Notes: generated from the letters alone by a model not told the origin. 63,144 nt of DNA, filler included, from Reticulomyxa filosa (GCA_000512085.1; 16 parts of 16 records of this genome joined end to end with filler, not necessarily neighbours in it); one strand, 5' to 3'. Counted from the whole stretch's first letter, positions 37,837-53,200 are shown. Numbers and translations are program-made.

Positions 37837-40800
37837 AACTTTGTTAAATGTATTATTTTTTACTTTAGCTCTTTTCCCGCTTCTCTAGCCTTTTGGCCTT
37901 TTTTCCAATGACTTGATCTTGACCAAAAATAATATTGTACAGTTCAATCTACCAATTGTCCAATGTTGTACAAATTTGTGAAATTTCCAATAATTTTCCA
38001 CTTGCCTTCAGCAGGAAAATTCTCAGTCACTTTATTTCCAAATAAACTTCAGGTACTGGAGTCAATAGCTGGTTCAAACACAAATGCCATTCGAAAAACA
38101 ACTTTTTCAATCAAGTTGTCTAGAAATTTTTTTATTTTTTTTACTATGCACTAGTACCTTTCTTGTTCTTTAATCACATAAACTTAATAACATAAGTTGA
38201 TTTTAGTTTCCTTGCTTAATTGAAGTTACTATAATTGTTGGAGTATTTGCACACATTAATTGTTGTCGAACTCAGATATTATTTTTCCAAACGTTTTCAA
38301 ATATAATATAGTCAGTTGTATTTGAACTTGACACAACGACTTGCAAGTTTAATCGAAAATTCTTTGTCTTTTACATCTTCATATATTAGTCCACCATCTA
38401 GTGTTTTTTTTTCATATCGCTTCTTTTAGCGTTATTGTTATATCCATCTTGTTCTGCTGTTTTGGTATTGCATGATTTTATGAATTTAATGTCCTGGAAT
38501 TTTTCATATCAATACCATAATTAATTCCATTTCCACTGTCACCACTAATTCCATGTGCAGTATTAGTAAGTTATTAAGATTTTAGCCCAAGGACAACAAG
38601 CAAAAAAGATTTTCATTGTTCTTTGAATAATATTTAGACTTTGATCCTTCGATATTGTTTACCACCGGCCAAAAACAGGTTTTCGTAATTTGTCTGACTC
38701 CGAAGAAACTATCTTTATTCTTATAGGACTTGGACTGTGTTTATGTTTTTTATAAAAAACATAAACAAAGTTTTTTTTTATTAATAAAAACAATTAATCT
38801 CTTATTTGTTGGATGATGTGAAAATGTGCAAAGTCTCAACAAATGAAATGGCTGCGTGGCTTAATACGAAAAGCCCGCCGAATTTATTGGACATGTTCAC
38901 ATTATGGCAAATCCATCTTTGGTAATTTCTTTGTGTAGTTGTACAACCTCAAAAGGATTTGCAAGTGTGTTGGGTTTCGTCTTGTGCATCCATGCACTAA
39001 GTCGCATGGTCATATGATACTTGCCTACACACTGGCATACTGCTGTGCATTGATTGTAGAAATATCAGCTGTCGCCCTTTAATGTTAGTTCGAGTACTAC
39101 CACTAACAAAAAAAAAATTTGTTAGTTTGAATGNNNNNNNNNNNNNNNNNNNNNNNNNNNNNNNNNNNNNNNNNNNNTTAATTAATTAANNNNNNNNNNN
39201 NNNNNNNNNNNNNNNNNNNNNNNNNNNNNNNNNAAAAAGTGCATTTTTTTTTAATTGTGTACACTTTTATTAAAAACAAAATATATTTTTGGACTCACCA
39301 CGATATATATATTTCATTTAAGCAAATTATGAAAAGTTTTTTTTTATAAATTTGATTGTAAATTTTTTCGTCAGTTCATTTTAGGGGATTTTTTTTTTTA
39401 ATAAAAGATCATGTCAATTAATTTCTTTGAAATTATTTTATTACAATATTTTGGAAGTTGATGGAAGTGGCAGTATTATTGATTTCTTGTAATATACATT
39501 AATAATTGTCAATTAACTGTTCAAAATACATAGACAGAATTTTGCTATTGTTGGTGTCTATTCATTCATTTCTTTTTTTTTAACTATTTTCTTATTTCTA
39601 TATACTTTTTAGCCCATTTTTGCTTTCTTTTTCATTGTCTTATTTACTGTTCATGTTTTCATCATCTTTTTTTTGAAATTTCATATTTTTGTTCTCATTG
39701 GCTTCAGACTACTTTCTTTTTCTTTATCACTTCTTGACACCAACTCTAAACAACATAGGAGAGCAAAATCAGCTATTGCATATTACCACCTGCAATTAAT
39801 TCCAGTTATCATTTTTTTCAAAGATGCAAGTGAAAACTAGACGAACCAAATCAATTCATTTACATATTTTCGACTTTTAAAATATTAAAATCCAGAAATT
39901 TTTTGCGAGAAATTTAATTAGACTAGAAAGATATCAATTGAGCTGGAGATTTTGAGTTGAAATTATTATTCAAAAAAGCACAAACCACAATTCAATTCAC
40001 CAAAAAGAAATTTTTTAATCAAAAAATTTGATCAAGTGTCAAATATTTACAATAAATATACCACCAACTTGACGTTATTCGAATTTCACTTCAATTTTGT
40101 TTGCTGGAACCTCAACCACTACAGCAACTTTTCCAATTGCTCGATAAATAGGTATTGTACCTTTTGAAGATCTATATTATATACGTATTTATTGATTATA
40201 CATATTTCAATCATATTATAAGAAAACATTATAACTTGGAATATAGGTTGCAAATATCTCGCCATTTTCAAATTGTTCGATTTCCTTTCAATATATCATG
40301 CACCACATTACATGATATGGACCTTTATTTTTTTTTCAAATTATATGCCATTTAAAGCGCAATACAATGATCAATATCCAATTTTTATGCCGTCACTAAA
40401 ATCAATATTTGTTCAACGACAGGCACACGTGTTGTAGTGTGGCTCCATGATTCGTTATATTGAATTTCCATCAGCAACAATTTGATAATGATTTGCCACT
40501 TTGTTTACTTTCATGTCTGCAACCATCGATACCTGCTGCAACTGTTGCTGTTGCCATTATTGATGGGAACTCACTGCAGCACCAATGGCAATATACGCAG
40601 CCACAGCTGTCTATTTTCATTTGTACACTTTTAAATATCTATTCAAAATTTCAAGTAACACATAAAAAAATATAACCAATATACGTATAAAGAAAGATGT
40701 TGTATATATAAAAAAAAAACAAAACTTTTTCAAGCAATGGATCATTAATATTATTCAATTGATAGTATTCCTTGTGTTTCTATTCGTCATAAATATTGGG

Positions 40801-43800
40801 AACAGGTTGATTATTATACGTGTTGGCTAGCTCTTTGCTGTTAAGCAAATCGATACTGCGATACATTCTTTCGCAGAAATTTGGACGGATAATGAATCGC
40901 TTTGAACATGTCTTCCCCTTTCATTTGAACCCAGCCACGCATGCGACGCTGTGTGTTTTCTTTGCCGTCAGCCGATTAAACTCAAACATGAATTTGTCCA
41001 CTTGTTGTTCCACTTCGATCAAGTTCTTTGGACGCGAATGTTCATATTCGGATAATATTTCTATTTTTTTTAAAAAAAAAAAAGTTCACAGTTATATTCA
41101 TATACATATATGTATTATGTGTATGTAGCCCTTTTTTTTTTAAAAAAAAAAAAACAACGTCTTTTTTTCCCCCAATAAAATGAACCCTTGATAAAAGGGC
41201 TGCACAATAGTGGACGAGTCAAAGTACATCGCAGCTCGAACAGACTTTGATGATGTGAAGATGAGGACGGCGAAGCGATCCAAGATGGACAGAGCAGTGG
41301 AAACATGGTCGGCGTGTCGCAGATTAGAAGACACAACGTCGCTGTTGGAGTTGTCGTGTAAAAAAAGAATGCGTCTTTTTTTTGACATAGCGAGCCCTCT
41401 TTTGCAATCGTTTCAGCTGCTTCTCTATTAACTATCGACTGTACCATATCTCGTGTATCTCTCCTTTCTTTATTATCTTTACTTGTTTCTGTCTCCCAAG
41501 GAATTTTCTTTTTTGCTATCAATTTGTCAATGTCTGCTTTCCATTTCTTCTCTTTGTTGTTGTCCTTCTTCTTCTTCTTCTTCTTCTTCTTCCTCGTTTT
41601 GGGTTTCTTTGAGGTCATCATTGTCCTCAATCACTGTACTCGCCTTTGTGTTCTTCTCGTTCCCACTTTCCTCCTTGTTTTTTGTTTTCCAGATAGCTGC
41701 CAAACGCTTCCAATGACTTGTCCGTTAACACGTTTTGGTACTCTTCTTCAATGTCATTATGAAGCTCTGCTGAAGCGAAGGCAGAGCCGTCTTCTTTTGA
41801 TGCTTCAATAAATTTATCTTGCAAAGAACAATGATAATGGAAGTGAAAAAATCCTGAAGGATAAGACTGTGTGGCAAGAGTGAAAGCAGATCTATTGGAT
41901 GTTCGACGATATTTTTTATTGGGGGATCCATGGATATTGGAATTTCTCTTGTCAATGGACATTGTTCTACTCTTCTCAGTGATGTTCATTGGACCCAAAG
42001 TCATAGGCGCCATTGTGATAAAAAAAACTCGCATGAACGAGCGTCCGGTTATCCCATATATTGTTGGCAATCTCGTTTTCTTTTCAAATTTTTGTTGATA
42101 GAAGGATAATTTTTTTTTAAAAAGAGTTGCGAGCGTCATGGATGGTGCTTATTTGCAAGATCTTCGCATGTCATGTCTTTTGTGTTTGGAATTGAGATAT
42201 GACTTTACTGCCCATTTTGATTGAGTCCAATTCCTTTTTTTTTCCAACCTTTTTGGGTTAGCTATTTTTATTACTGTTGTCAGCATTTTCGTGCTGTCCA
42301 TCGACATCATCACGAGGTCTATTATATTCGTTTGGCTCTGACTTTTCTCATCATTTTCTTTATTACCTTCGCTATTGCTATTAGCCAACATCTCAACATG
42401 TTTCATTTCAGGTGGAGGTCTCATACAAGTGATTCAGTACTTGCATCATTTGCACTTGTGACAATACCAACTTACACATAACACACACACACATACAAGC
42501 AAAATATTTAAAGTGAGCATGTGTGAATGTGTTGCAAATCCCAAGATATGACTCCCACTTATTTTATTTTACTTTATTCCTTTAAAAAAAAAAAAGATAT
42601 TGAAAAATATTTATTTAAAAAAAAAAAACATAATGTTTTGTTCCAAAACTGGTGATTGTGCAAGGACATGATCAAATAACATTTGTAATCGATATGGCTC
42701 GAACAGCATCACGATATCTCAATATCTTTCAATCGTTGAATTTCCTTCAATTTTTTTTTTAATCAATGCAAAAGTTGTTGTCAATTTCATATTTTTTAGT
42801 TGTTTCGCAAATAATCTCCCCATTTTTGTTGCGCTGAGTGCCGATTCAAATCTTTTGTGAGTAAATCCATGACGGCTGTAGCACTCACAATCTCTGGCAT
42901 TTTCAAATCTTCAAATATTTTGTACTCTTCTGCACTACAGGTGCAATTGGGGTATCTACATCGTCGGGTTGTTTCCATTTGTTATATATATATTTTTTTT
43001 TTTTTGAAGCTTCGTGCTACCAAGGGTAATCATTGATTACTAGGAAAATACATAAACACCTTTTTTCAAAATTCTTTCAATGAAAGGCAAAACAGCTTTC
43101 TGTCAAATTTTTTGGACATTTTTTCAACACTTTGCAACTAAAAGTCCGCTTTCCATGTTTCGACCCCATTGTCCGTATTTTTGGTCCCATTCGTTGAATT
43201 TCACACCAACAAACTTTTCACCTTTGTCAAAGTCAGAAGTGCCAGAGAGTATCGGACAATCTAAAAATCCAAAACAGTTTCTAATCCAAAATGTTCTTTA
43301 CAAAATAATGTGTCTCCAAAAAAAAAAAAAATCTCAAATCCATTCTTTCCGATTCAGTTTTTTCTTCCCATCTTTACTGATGGTAAATTACACTGACGAT
43401 TCAATTCAAACTCGTCATCTTGCGCATTCTTGTCTTTGATAATCATCACGCTCAAATCTATCCATTGACTGATAATTCGAAGGATGTTCCATTTCCAGAT
43501 CTTCTGGGATTGTTTTGAGTTTAGCACTTCTGTGCGTGCATTTTCACTATTGAGTCCACATCACTGACACATGCAAAGTAGCCGTGCCCTGCTTTGCATT
43601 CAAAGTATCTTTTTTTTTTTTTTTTTTTTTTTTTTTNNNNNNNNNNNNNNNNNNNNNNNNNNNNNNNNNNNNNNNNNNNNTTAATTAATTAANNNNNNNN
43701 NNNNNNNNNNNNNNNNNNNNNNNNNNNNNNNNNNNNGATTTGATAAAATTTTTTTTTTATAAAAACGAAGTAAACGTATATACCATAATCATCTTATGCA

Positions 43801-44139
43801 CATGACACTTTTTATTTTGAAAAAAATGGTTGTTTGCTAGAATAACGACAATCTGAAAATCAAAATAATTTCTATTTCGTGATATGTGATATAATTTTTA
43901 GAGGTTTTTGATGTCCTTTTTTTTTAATATTACCAATAATAAATTCCTAATGCATTTTGCAAATTGTTAATTTTTAGACGTGATAATGCAGAGTTTTGTC
44001 AAATGCCAGTATTTTGCTGTTGGAATGTTTTGCAGCAATCTGATTTGTGATTGACGAAGAATGTTTTGTGAGACTAATGACACACGGTGTTAGCATAAAA
44101 TTTTATTTTTTTTGTGGGCTCGCCTTTCCGATTTCGATC

Positions 44140-44754
44140 ATGGATGATCCTCTCGACTGTGGAAAAAACTTGCTATGCATAAATATGCCCTGTCGCGTGA
44201 AAAATGTGTCAAAGGCGCAAATAATGTTGGGTGGTCTGTCAAGTGTTGCAAAGACGTGGAAAGAATATCAGGACTATGAAAAATGGCAAGAAAAAGAGCA
44301 AAGCAACAACAGCTTGATAAGTAATAGTAACAAGGAAGCAACGGATTTAAAAAAACAGGCGAGCGAACCGTTTATGAAATTATATTTACACACATGCGCA
44401 AATTATGATAAACAATTGATAAGAGATGAGCATCCACTATTTGGCAAAATGGCTCACAACGAGATGAAAAAGGAACCAGCAGATCTTGCACAACAACACC
44501 AGCAACCGCAATTGATAGATTTAATCAATGTAAAGGTCCTTGCAAGGGTACGTCCATCGACAACACATGACTGTGACAACAAAACCGATGAAAGCGTCAA
44601 GACTACAATGCAACTGACGTTTGTTGGGCCAATTAACTACGATGTCGATTACCATAATTCATTGTCAGATTTTCAAACATTGGGATCATATGACAAAGCA
44701 AAAGAGTTTCAATGGACTTTTTTAAATGATAAAAGCAATACTATTAATAATAAC

Positions 44755-44793
<39 letters not shown>

Positions 44794-46054
44794 CACCGTC
44801 ATGGTCGTCATCGCAAAAAGCATTCAAACTCATTGTGGAGCATATTTGCAGATGAAAGTGCCAAATGCAATTTCAACGTCCTTCCTCCATCTTTCCCTAT
44901 TCCAAATTGTTATCACGACAACTTGATCAATGTCCCCTCTTTCTCGCTTTCCAAGTGTAGTTTTGTGTTTTTTATTGGCATTGCAATTTCACAAATCAAA
45001 GAATTTGTTTTGTAATATGCATATATTATATTATATATATATTATATACATGTATGTGTGTACATATATATAATAATGAATTGCAAACATTGGAAAGATG
45101 ATAGTATTGGCGGAATGCCATTGAGCGCGAACAGTGAAAAAGAGAAAAGAGGATCGAAAGTAAAAAGGACGAACCGCAAGACAGTGCAAGAAGCCAACGA
45201 GAGCAAAGGAGTAGAAAAAAAAGAAGAGGTCGAATTGTTGGGATTTTCAAGCAACCCAACGGCAATAATTTCACGCAAGTTTTTGCTAATCAAAACACGG
45301 CGAAGACGTTATGTGGTATTGTATAATCTTCCTTTCAGGCGCTTTCCCAAACAAAAGCTTGTGCCGTTTCCTTGTTCCGAAGAAATGATTCCAAAGGAAC
45401 CACTTCACACGTCTCATAAGTTCTTGCAGACCGATATCGATACGTATATCGCCCAACAGCAAAGCATGCACGCACAAGTGCAAGGAGCATGGAGTCAGAG
45501 AGAAAAAAAAGAAAAGAAAAAGAAGAAGAAGATATATATGATAATGATAATGATGATGAGAAAATACATGAAATGAAAGTAATAGTGGATCAATTGCAAG
45601 TGCGAAAGGAATGGTATGAAGTGGCAGCAATACTCAAAGCCATGTTTGACAGACAAGCAATATGGCAGACATCACATATCAAATGTGAATTGAAACATGC
45701 CCACGGCTACATGTTTGCCACGGTCGATTCGCTGCGACAATTGCTGCCGGTGATTGGCTATCGCTTTGCGCAAGGGCCTTGGCGACAAAGTTGGATCCGC
45801 TATGGGTTCAATCCGCAGCTACGCACGCTCCGCGTTCTGGCTGCACCTTTGCAAATTGTCGACTTTCGCCTGAACAAGAGCACCGCTTCCCTATTCGGAG
45901 TGGTCGCAAAATCCGATATGTGTCATCGTATTTTGAGTCGTGGAAAGCCTCGCCACAAAAGCAACTTTGATCCGTCCATTCATTCGCACTATTATCATAG
46001 TATGCAGACGCATTTGTTTAAAAAAAAGATTAAAAAAAAGAAAAAAAAGAAGAA
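44140..46054 (+). CDS. GTF3C5: TFIIIC subunit Tau95/GTF3C5 (Tfc1), multi-exon, 3' incomplete
   Basis: CINMPCRVKNVSKAQIMLGG, HP, LSDFQ and LPPSF in the N-terminal domain. LFDRQAIW..LPVIGYRFAQGPWRQSWIRYGFNP..QIVDFR in the Tau95 domain. Confidence 0.85.
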
Positions 46055-46365
46055 NNNNNNNNNNNNNNNNNNNNNNNNNNNNNNNNNNNNNNNNNNNNTT
46101 AATTAATTAANNNNNNNNNNNNNNNNNNNNNNNNNNNNNNNNNNNNNNNNNNNNTTTTTATAAATATTCTTAAATTATTCATTTTTAAAAAATTGAAAAT
46201 AATAAAATATATAATTTAATTATTGTTCATGCAATACAATTTTTTTTTTTCATAAAATTATTGACTATTTATTATTTTGTGGTAATAATCAATTGAAAAA
46301 TCATTTTGAAATTATTTAAGTTTAAATAATTTTGCATATCTTTAAATATTTTATTGATATTTACA

Positions 46366-46713
46366 TGTGACAGATCGTATTAGTGTTGGAACAAATATCA
46401 CGCATTTGAAAGGAAGTTTTATGAGCAATTTGATTGCACATAATCCAGATTTTTGAAATAGTGTAGTACAAGTCCATATTCTAAAGGCTTGAATTCGGGA
46501 GGACCCGAGAAACCCCCAGTGGGTTAAACTTGTTTTACAACCTTCTTCACTTTGCCTTGTTTGTTTTTTCCTCTTTTTCGTGTCATTTCTCTTTAATTTG
46601 TTTTAATTTACTTGTTTGTTGACAATCATGCTCTTTGAGCAAAAAAGCCCTTTCATATTACATTTAGTGCGAACTCTTTTCTGGCTGAAGTCTCACATTT
46701 GGCACCCACTGTG
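46366..46713 (+). repeat. Candidate 5' LTR (46366-46697) and primer-binding site (46700-46713)
   Basis: TGTGACA...TCTCACA terminal inverted ends, followed after 2 nt by TGGCACCCACTGTG, which resembles a tRNA-Lys-type PBS. Confidence 0.65.
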
Positions 46714-49700
46714 TTAGCGAACGGAAAAAAAAATGGCAGAAGTAGAACAACATGTTGGTTCAATAATACATAGTGATGAAGAAATATTAAAAATGAGTCC
46801 AAAGCTATAAGACAAAAGTTAATTGATTTAGGTGAACAACCCAAAGAAAGTGAGTTTATTGTATCTTCAAAACTACGATTATCGGCGCAATGCAAAAAGT
46901 TGAGGCAAAATGTAGTCACTACTGAAGATAATGATGAATTGGTTGCAAACAGTAATACAGAAAAACGAGAAGATAACACTAAACTAAAGATCAATTTTGA
47001 AAATGATGCAAAGAACGACATGGAGCGAAAATCAGTTGCAAATGATGAAAGTGCAGCTTCTGTAGCACTACAATTGGAAAAGTTACAAGATCAAGTCAAA
47101 AAGTTAACGCAAGCATTGGACGTAAGGGATTCGTCATCGAACTGCAGACAAAAACATAACAATATGATTAAAAGTGATATTATTTATAAAAAGTCAAATG
47201 GACTTTATGCAGTACCGATACTAAGCGAACGTCCTTATGTGGTAATCCAATGGTGAGTGATGATGATGACTTGGATAACTTGGAATTGGGTGAGACAACA
47301 ATGAAGTTAGCATTAGAGCCACATAACCGTTTTCGTCATGTATTCGACGGTAATCGAGATAATTTCCTCGTTGGCACAGACAATTCATTGCATGGAAGTC
47401 TACATATAGACTTGAAGATAACTTTTGTTTGAGATATATATTATATCAATGCTTGACAATTGAAATACAGGATATGGGAATAGCAAAAAATCACAAACAT
47501 TCAACTTATTGATAACATAGATGTGCAAAATGTTTGAAGGTAAGCACTACGTTGCAAAAAAAACGAACGATCTGTTGCGGTTCACAACGAAATTTAATGA
47601 AAAGCCAGCCAATATTCTATTGAGATGGAGGCAAGCAAAGCTTTCATTAAAATTGGAACTGGGTTATGCAATTGATGTTAAAACCATCTGACGAGATGTT
47701 GATGGAAGCGTTGCTAGAATCTTTGAGTGGATTGACAATGAGATTATTGTACAACCAAAATCTGACAACGCTGGACGAGACAGAATTGGCATTAGAAAAG
47801 GTTCAAAATATATTCGAAGACGAAATGCAAGCAAAAAATATATTTAAACAAACAAAAAGAATTACGAATAATAAAAAAATTAATTTGCAGAAAAGAAATA
47901 ATCCGAATGCATTCTATAGAACTAACTGTTTTACAGTTAACGAAAAATGGGGTGGTAAATATAGCAATAATGAATACAACGAATTCAGCGATCGTATTAG
48001 CAACAGGCATCAAAGTAAATATATTGATCACCAAAAGCGTTTTCCAAAAGATAAAAAGCATTACGACAAACATAAAGGCGTTAAACGACAGTTGAATGAT
48101 GAATATGTACTTGTTTGCCGCAACTCCAACAAACAACGAGACTGTACTAAAAACAACAATGAATTACATGTACTCGAGAAACAACTGTTCAACAAAACAT
48201 TGAACACATTATCCCAATGCTCAGAATCGACAAGGTGATGGAGAAACTGTATGCAATCGAAATTGAATTACAAACCAAGGAAATTGGAATTATACGAGCA
48301 GTTGCTAATACAGGAGCATCAATATGAGCAGTAAGTGATGAAATTGCACGAAAGTTTCATCGATTACTAACCAAAGATGCGATTGGTCTATGCATTAAAA
48401 TTGGAGCACGAAAGATTTGAACGTACACAATCCGATGACATTTTAGATAGTCAAGATTTGGAGTTGAAGTCAGAAATTGAACATAAAAATAAAATATGTA
48501 ACAATAGTGATTGCGAAAATAGTCTTAAAAGAAAGCAAGATAGTAATAGATTTAATGCAAGTCCAGAGTCACCAGATGATATAGAGTCCAACCAAAAATT
48601 TTCATGCAACAATGTCGACTTAACAATAATTTAGCAAATAATAAATGAAAATACAAATTTGAAACCAAAAATTAACTACATCTAACCTACAAATAGTAAA
48701 GATAGTAAAACAACTTCTTATCGATAATCAAAAAATGGTAGCAACAAATCAATTTGATATCGGGCAAATACCCGATGTAGAAATGAAATTGGAATTGAAA
48801 GTGGGGACAAAACCAATCAAAATTAAACAGTATCCATTAAATTATTTGCACCAAGAAGAAGTAAAGCGACAAGTAGTAGAATTAGAACAAGTGGTATTAT
48901 TCGGACGAACTCATCTCAATTTGCAGCACCAGTACCATTGGTAAAAAAGAAATGAGGATCGTTACGAATGTGTGTTGATTACATGAATCTTAATCAAGCA
49001 ACAATTCGAGACGAATGGCCATTACCAAATATAAATGATCTTTTAAAAAAGTTGGAATCAAAGCGTGTCTTTTCAAAATTGGATATATTTACATGTACAT
49101 ATTAGAGAAAAAGATATTTACAAAACAGCATTCATTACACCAACGGGATTGTATGAATGGAATCGAATGTGTTTTGGATTCACCAATGCTCCGGCAACTC
49201 TCCAGCGTATAATAGCATCTATATTTAGAGATATGGACGATATTGATGTATACATTGATGATTTATTAATCGCAACCGATTCCGAAACAACACATGTTGA
49301 GGTACTAAATGAAGTATTACACCGTTTTTCAAAATATAACTTAAGATTAGCTATGGACAAGTGCGAATCTTATAAAATAAAATCATATTCCTTGGACAAT
49401 AAATTTCATCTTATGGCATTGCTGCGAATCCTGGTTACATAAACAAAGTGTTAAATGTATCCAAACCTAAAACAAAGAAGCAGTTGGAACGCCTTTTGGG
49501 ACTGGTTCAATGGATCGCAAAATTTATCCCGAATATTGCAGCACTAACAGTTGAACTGACAAAATTACGAAGAAAAAACGCGAAATGGTCATGGACAGAC
49601 GTTCACGACAAAGCATTTGAGAAATTGAAAGAAGCTGTCGCAAATACTCAATTATTACGGCATCCAAGACAAAATGAGCCATTCATTGTTCAATGCGATG

Positions 49701-50140
49701 CATCAAACGAAGCAATATGCGCAGCACTATTGCAAAATCATGACGGTGTGATCGTACCTATCGAATTCATCTCCAAACAATTCGATTGTCATTAAGCAAA
49801 CTGGCATACATCCGAAAAGGAATTATACGCATTAGTATACTCGGTTCAAAAATGGAGGCACTACCTATTGCTTCGAAGATTTACAGTTTATACCGATCAT
49901 AAAAATCTAGCTTCATTATTTTCATTGTCTGGTAAACAAATTAATTCTAGATTATCCAGATGGGCATTGCAACTCACTGAGTTCTCATTTGAAGCTAGAT
50001 ATTTCCCTGGTACTGAAAATATAATTGCCGACTTCTTATCTCGACATCCAACATCATTGACTAGAGTTGAGAAATTAGCAGTTATAACAAGATCGCAACA
50101 TCATAAAAAAGAATCGATAAATGTATTTTTATTTTCTTAA
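46366..50140 (+). mobile_element. Degenerate, 3'-truncated Ty3/gypsy LTR retrotransposon (5' LTR, PBS, gag, PR, RT, RNase H; no integrase or 3' LTR)
   Basis: Decayed protease VANTGAS (~48300). RT motifs LRMCVDY, KTAFITPTGLYEW..FGFTNAPA and YIDD. RNase H motifs CDAS, EKELYA, TDHKNL and RWAL. Several internal stops and frameshifts. Confidence 0.93.
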
Positions 50141-50254
50141 AAGCTACAATTTTTTTTCACAATCTTTTTATTTCTTTTTAAAAAGTTTTTGAATTGGCAC
50201 TAAATTACTCTTTTGAAAATTATCTATAGATAGTAATATTTTTCCAAAACAAAC

Positions 50255-53200
50255 TCAACAACTCTTATCAATCTGTACTAAATCATTCTTATCGTTTTTT
50301 GAAATTTGTGTGGTATTGTTTTGGTCACTGTTGTCTTTATGTGATTGCTGCAAACGCATACTATCAGACGTCACGTTAGCACCATTCACATTATCTTTTG
50401 GCGAATTTTGACTGTTAGAATTAATTTTATTGCTATTTAAAGGCGAATATCGCACTGATTCTGCAATAGAGTATTTTTCAGTCTTAAAATGTTCATGTGT
50501 CCTGTTATTTGAACTCAAATCTTCATTGTTTGCAAATGAGGAACATATAAAATTGGGATTTGTTCCGGTGCAGCAATTACCTGTCGCGAACATTTGCTTG
50601 CTTCGTTCAAATGAAAAAGCGCGATTATTTTGTCCGATTTGAGGTCTTGAGTACTTAAAGTGAGAAAAAGGATCTGCGGCACTGTTGAACGCTCAATGCT
50701 ATTGCACTGATTTTTTTGACGAAGGCGCAGCCTTTCAAGTTCGAACTTGTAATTATCAACAAATTTTTTATTTGCTTGCGCAAAAGCTTTCAGTTCACGC
50801 AATTCGTCATGCGTTCTGTTTATTGTGGTGACCCTTTCTTCATATAACCAATTGTTTGAAACAAGCAAATCGGTTAATTTTGAGTTTAGAAAAAAGATCC
50901 CTTTTAAAAGACCAGAAAGATTTAAGCTACCTGCAAATACTGTTGTTGGGGATGGAGTAGAAATAGAATCAGAGCAACAAGAATTCGGAGGTGTTTGCGT
51001 AGAAAGGTTACAAACATCTTTTTTAAGAAACTTATTCGACATCATACGTTCTGTTGACTTGCTGGTGAAAGCGAAAGGGATTGGATCCTAGATCAATTTT
51101 AAATTGTTTGTTATTTGTTTAATAAACCAGGATCAAAAACAAATGTAAAGTAAACTGAACCAATTGTTGTAACAATTGTTTCTTTGTTAACAGCAAGTCC
51201 AATTGTTCTTTTTCTAAAAGTTTACGGTCATGTTGGATACGTTGTTGGTCGCATTTCAACGACTTGAATTGCTCTTGCAATTCATTTTTATTCGAATAAA
51301 TCGTTTGCTCAAGTATTATATTGTGTGTCTCACTTTTTTTTATTTCGTCATACATTATGGTCAGTTTTTCAGATTGCTCATGTACTTTGTGACTTAAATT
51401 TGACTATTTTTTTCCACCGCATACATTGAGATAAATAAGTAAATTAAACAGTCATTTGAAAAGTTTTTATTCCAAAAAAAGTTTAATAATCAAAAGCATA
51501 CCACGTCTTTGACACGATGCTCAAAGGTTTGCTTTTCGGACTCCAGCAATTGCCATTGCTTTTCAACGTGGATTTGGCTTTGTTGTATTTCGTTTTTCAT
51601 AATGTTTACTTTTTCTTTCTCTTTTTCATATTCAAATTTATCTTTTTCTATCCAAAGAAGCTCATCCTTCAATTTTTCTTTTTCCATTTGTAATTCTTTC
51701 CAGTCGCTTTCTATTCTTTGTTTATGTTGAATCGAAAGTCGCTCTATTTCATTTTTTTGACTGTTGTACGTTTGTTCCCACCGAGCTACTTTGTTCTCAA
51801 ATTGTTTTCGCTCCTCTGCCAATAGTTCCCTTTGATTACATAGATCTCGATTATTGTTATTTAATTGTTCCAATAATTTATTTTCTTTTTCTCGTAATTT
51901 TGCTTCATTCTCAGCTAATTTTCCCTTTTTTTCCCCCGTCAATTAGTTTTGTTTTGTGTTTTGTAAAAAGCAAAAAAATTGAACTTTTTCATATTTAGTT
52001 TGATCAAGTGACAACTGGAATTGCTCCACCAATGCTTTATTTTGTGCTTGCAATTCCACAATTTGTGAGTTATATTTTTGTATCAACAGCTTTTGTTGTG
52101 CCAAGTTTTCATTTTTGTCGTGCTCGTAGTGGTTCTTCATTTTTTCTAAGTCTTGTGTCAAAGTGTTGATTGTTTGGTTGTATTGATTAATTTGTTCTAG
52201 TAAATTAGTGACATTGACATTGCTTGTAAGTTGCTCCCGTAAAGATGTTAGTTGTTTGTGATGCAGCTTTTCGACACTTTCTAATTCATTTTTATGCTGT
52301 TGCTGCAGCGATTGAACCGCAGCCTCGTGAATGGACAAAGCATGATTTAATTCATCGCGATATCTTTGCTCCATGCGAGTAATTTCATTTATTTTACTTG
52401 TATGCATCTCACTGCTCTCTTTTCTCAACTTTTCTTCTAAAACTAACAATTCACTTTGATGCTGACTTTTCATTTTGTTGCTGTTATTTCGTGCTTCGCT
52501 AAGCTCATTTTGCAAACGATTTATTTCAAGTTTGTGTGCTGATTGTAATCTTGTTCGTTGGTCATTTAGCAACTGCGTTTATATTTAATATACAGATTAA
52601 AAGTAAAATATAGTGAAAATGAAAAAGGATTTAATTTCTAATAAAATTGTTTAAACTCTTTCTGTTTTCTGATTGAGAGACTCAATCTCTTCTAACAACT
52701 GAGATTTTTCATTCATTAATTTATTGCACAATTGCCTTGCTTGTGCCAATTCTTCCTGCACATTGCGAAGCAACTGTGACGAAATATCTGTTGTACTATT
52801 GATTTGTGGGCCTGTCACTATTTATGAACCGTTTTTGTTTTAATTTTTGTATTTTTAACTGTCCTTTTTGTTTTACTGTTGATTCCCCCTACAAAACAAA
52901 AAAACTATAAAAAAAATTTGCTAAACAGGTTTGATTGAGGATTATTGGAGGTGGTGGCAGGGGATCAACAATCACATCTACATTTGGTTTTGATGTTGTT
53001 GGGAATAAGGCCATCACAGGTTCTTTGACGACACTTTCAGCAAGCTTTTTTTCTTCAGTGGTAGTAGAGGCGTTTATCGCTTTCCCAACTATCGTTTCTT
53101 CTATTGTCTTGGCTAAGTTTGTTTCTTGAGGATTTAGAGGTATTGCTGTTGTTGTCTCTAATGCTTTATTCTTGGTCCCATTTTCATTTGAACTTATTGT

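Noticed and set aside
37840-39133. Possible decayed gene on the minus strand (e.g. LAGGKQYRR, faintly dynamin-related)
   Set aside because: No sustained reading frame, and the motif is too short to support a call.
39234-43636. Fragmentary minus-strand ORFs suggesting a gene or pseudogene
   Set aside because: Coding-like patches exist, but I could not build a consistent exon structure or recognise a domain.
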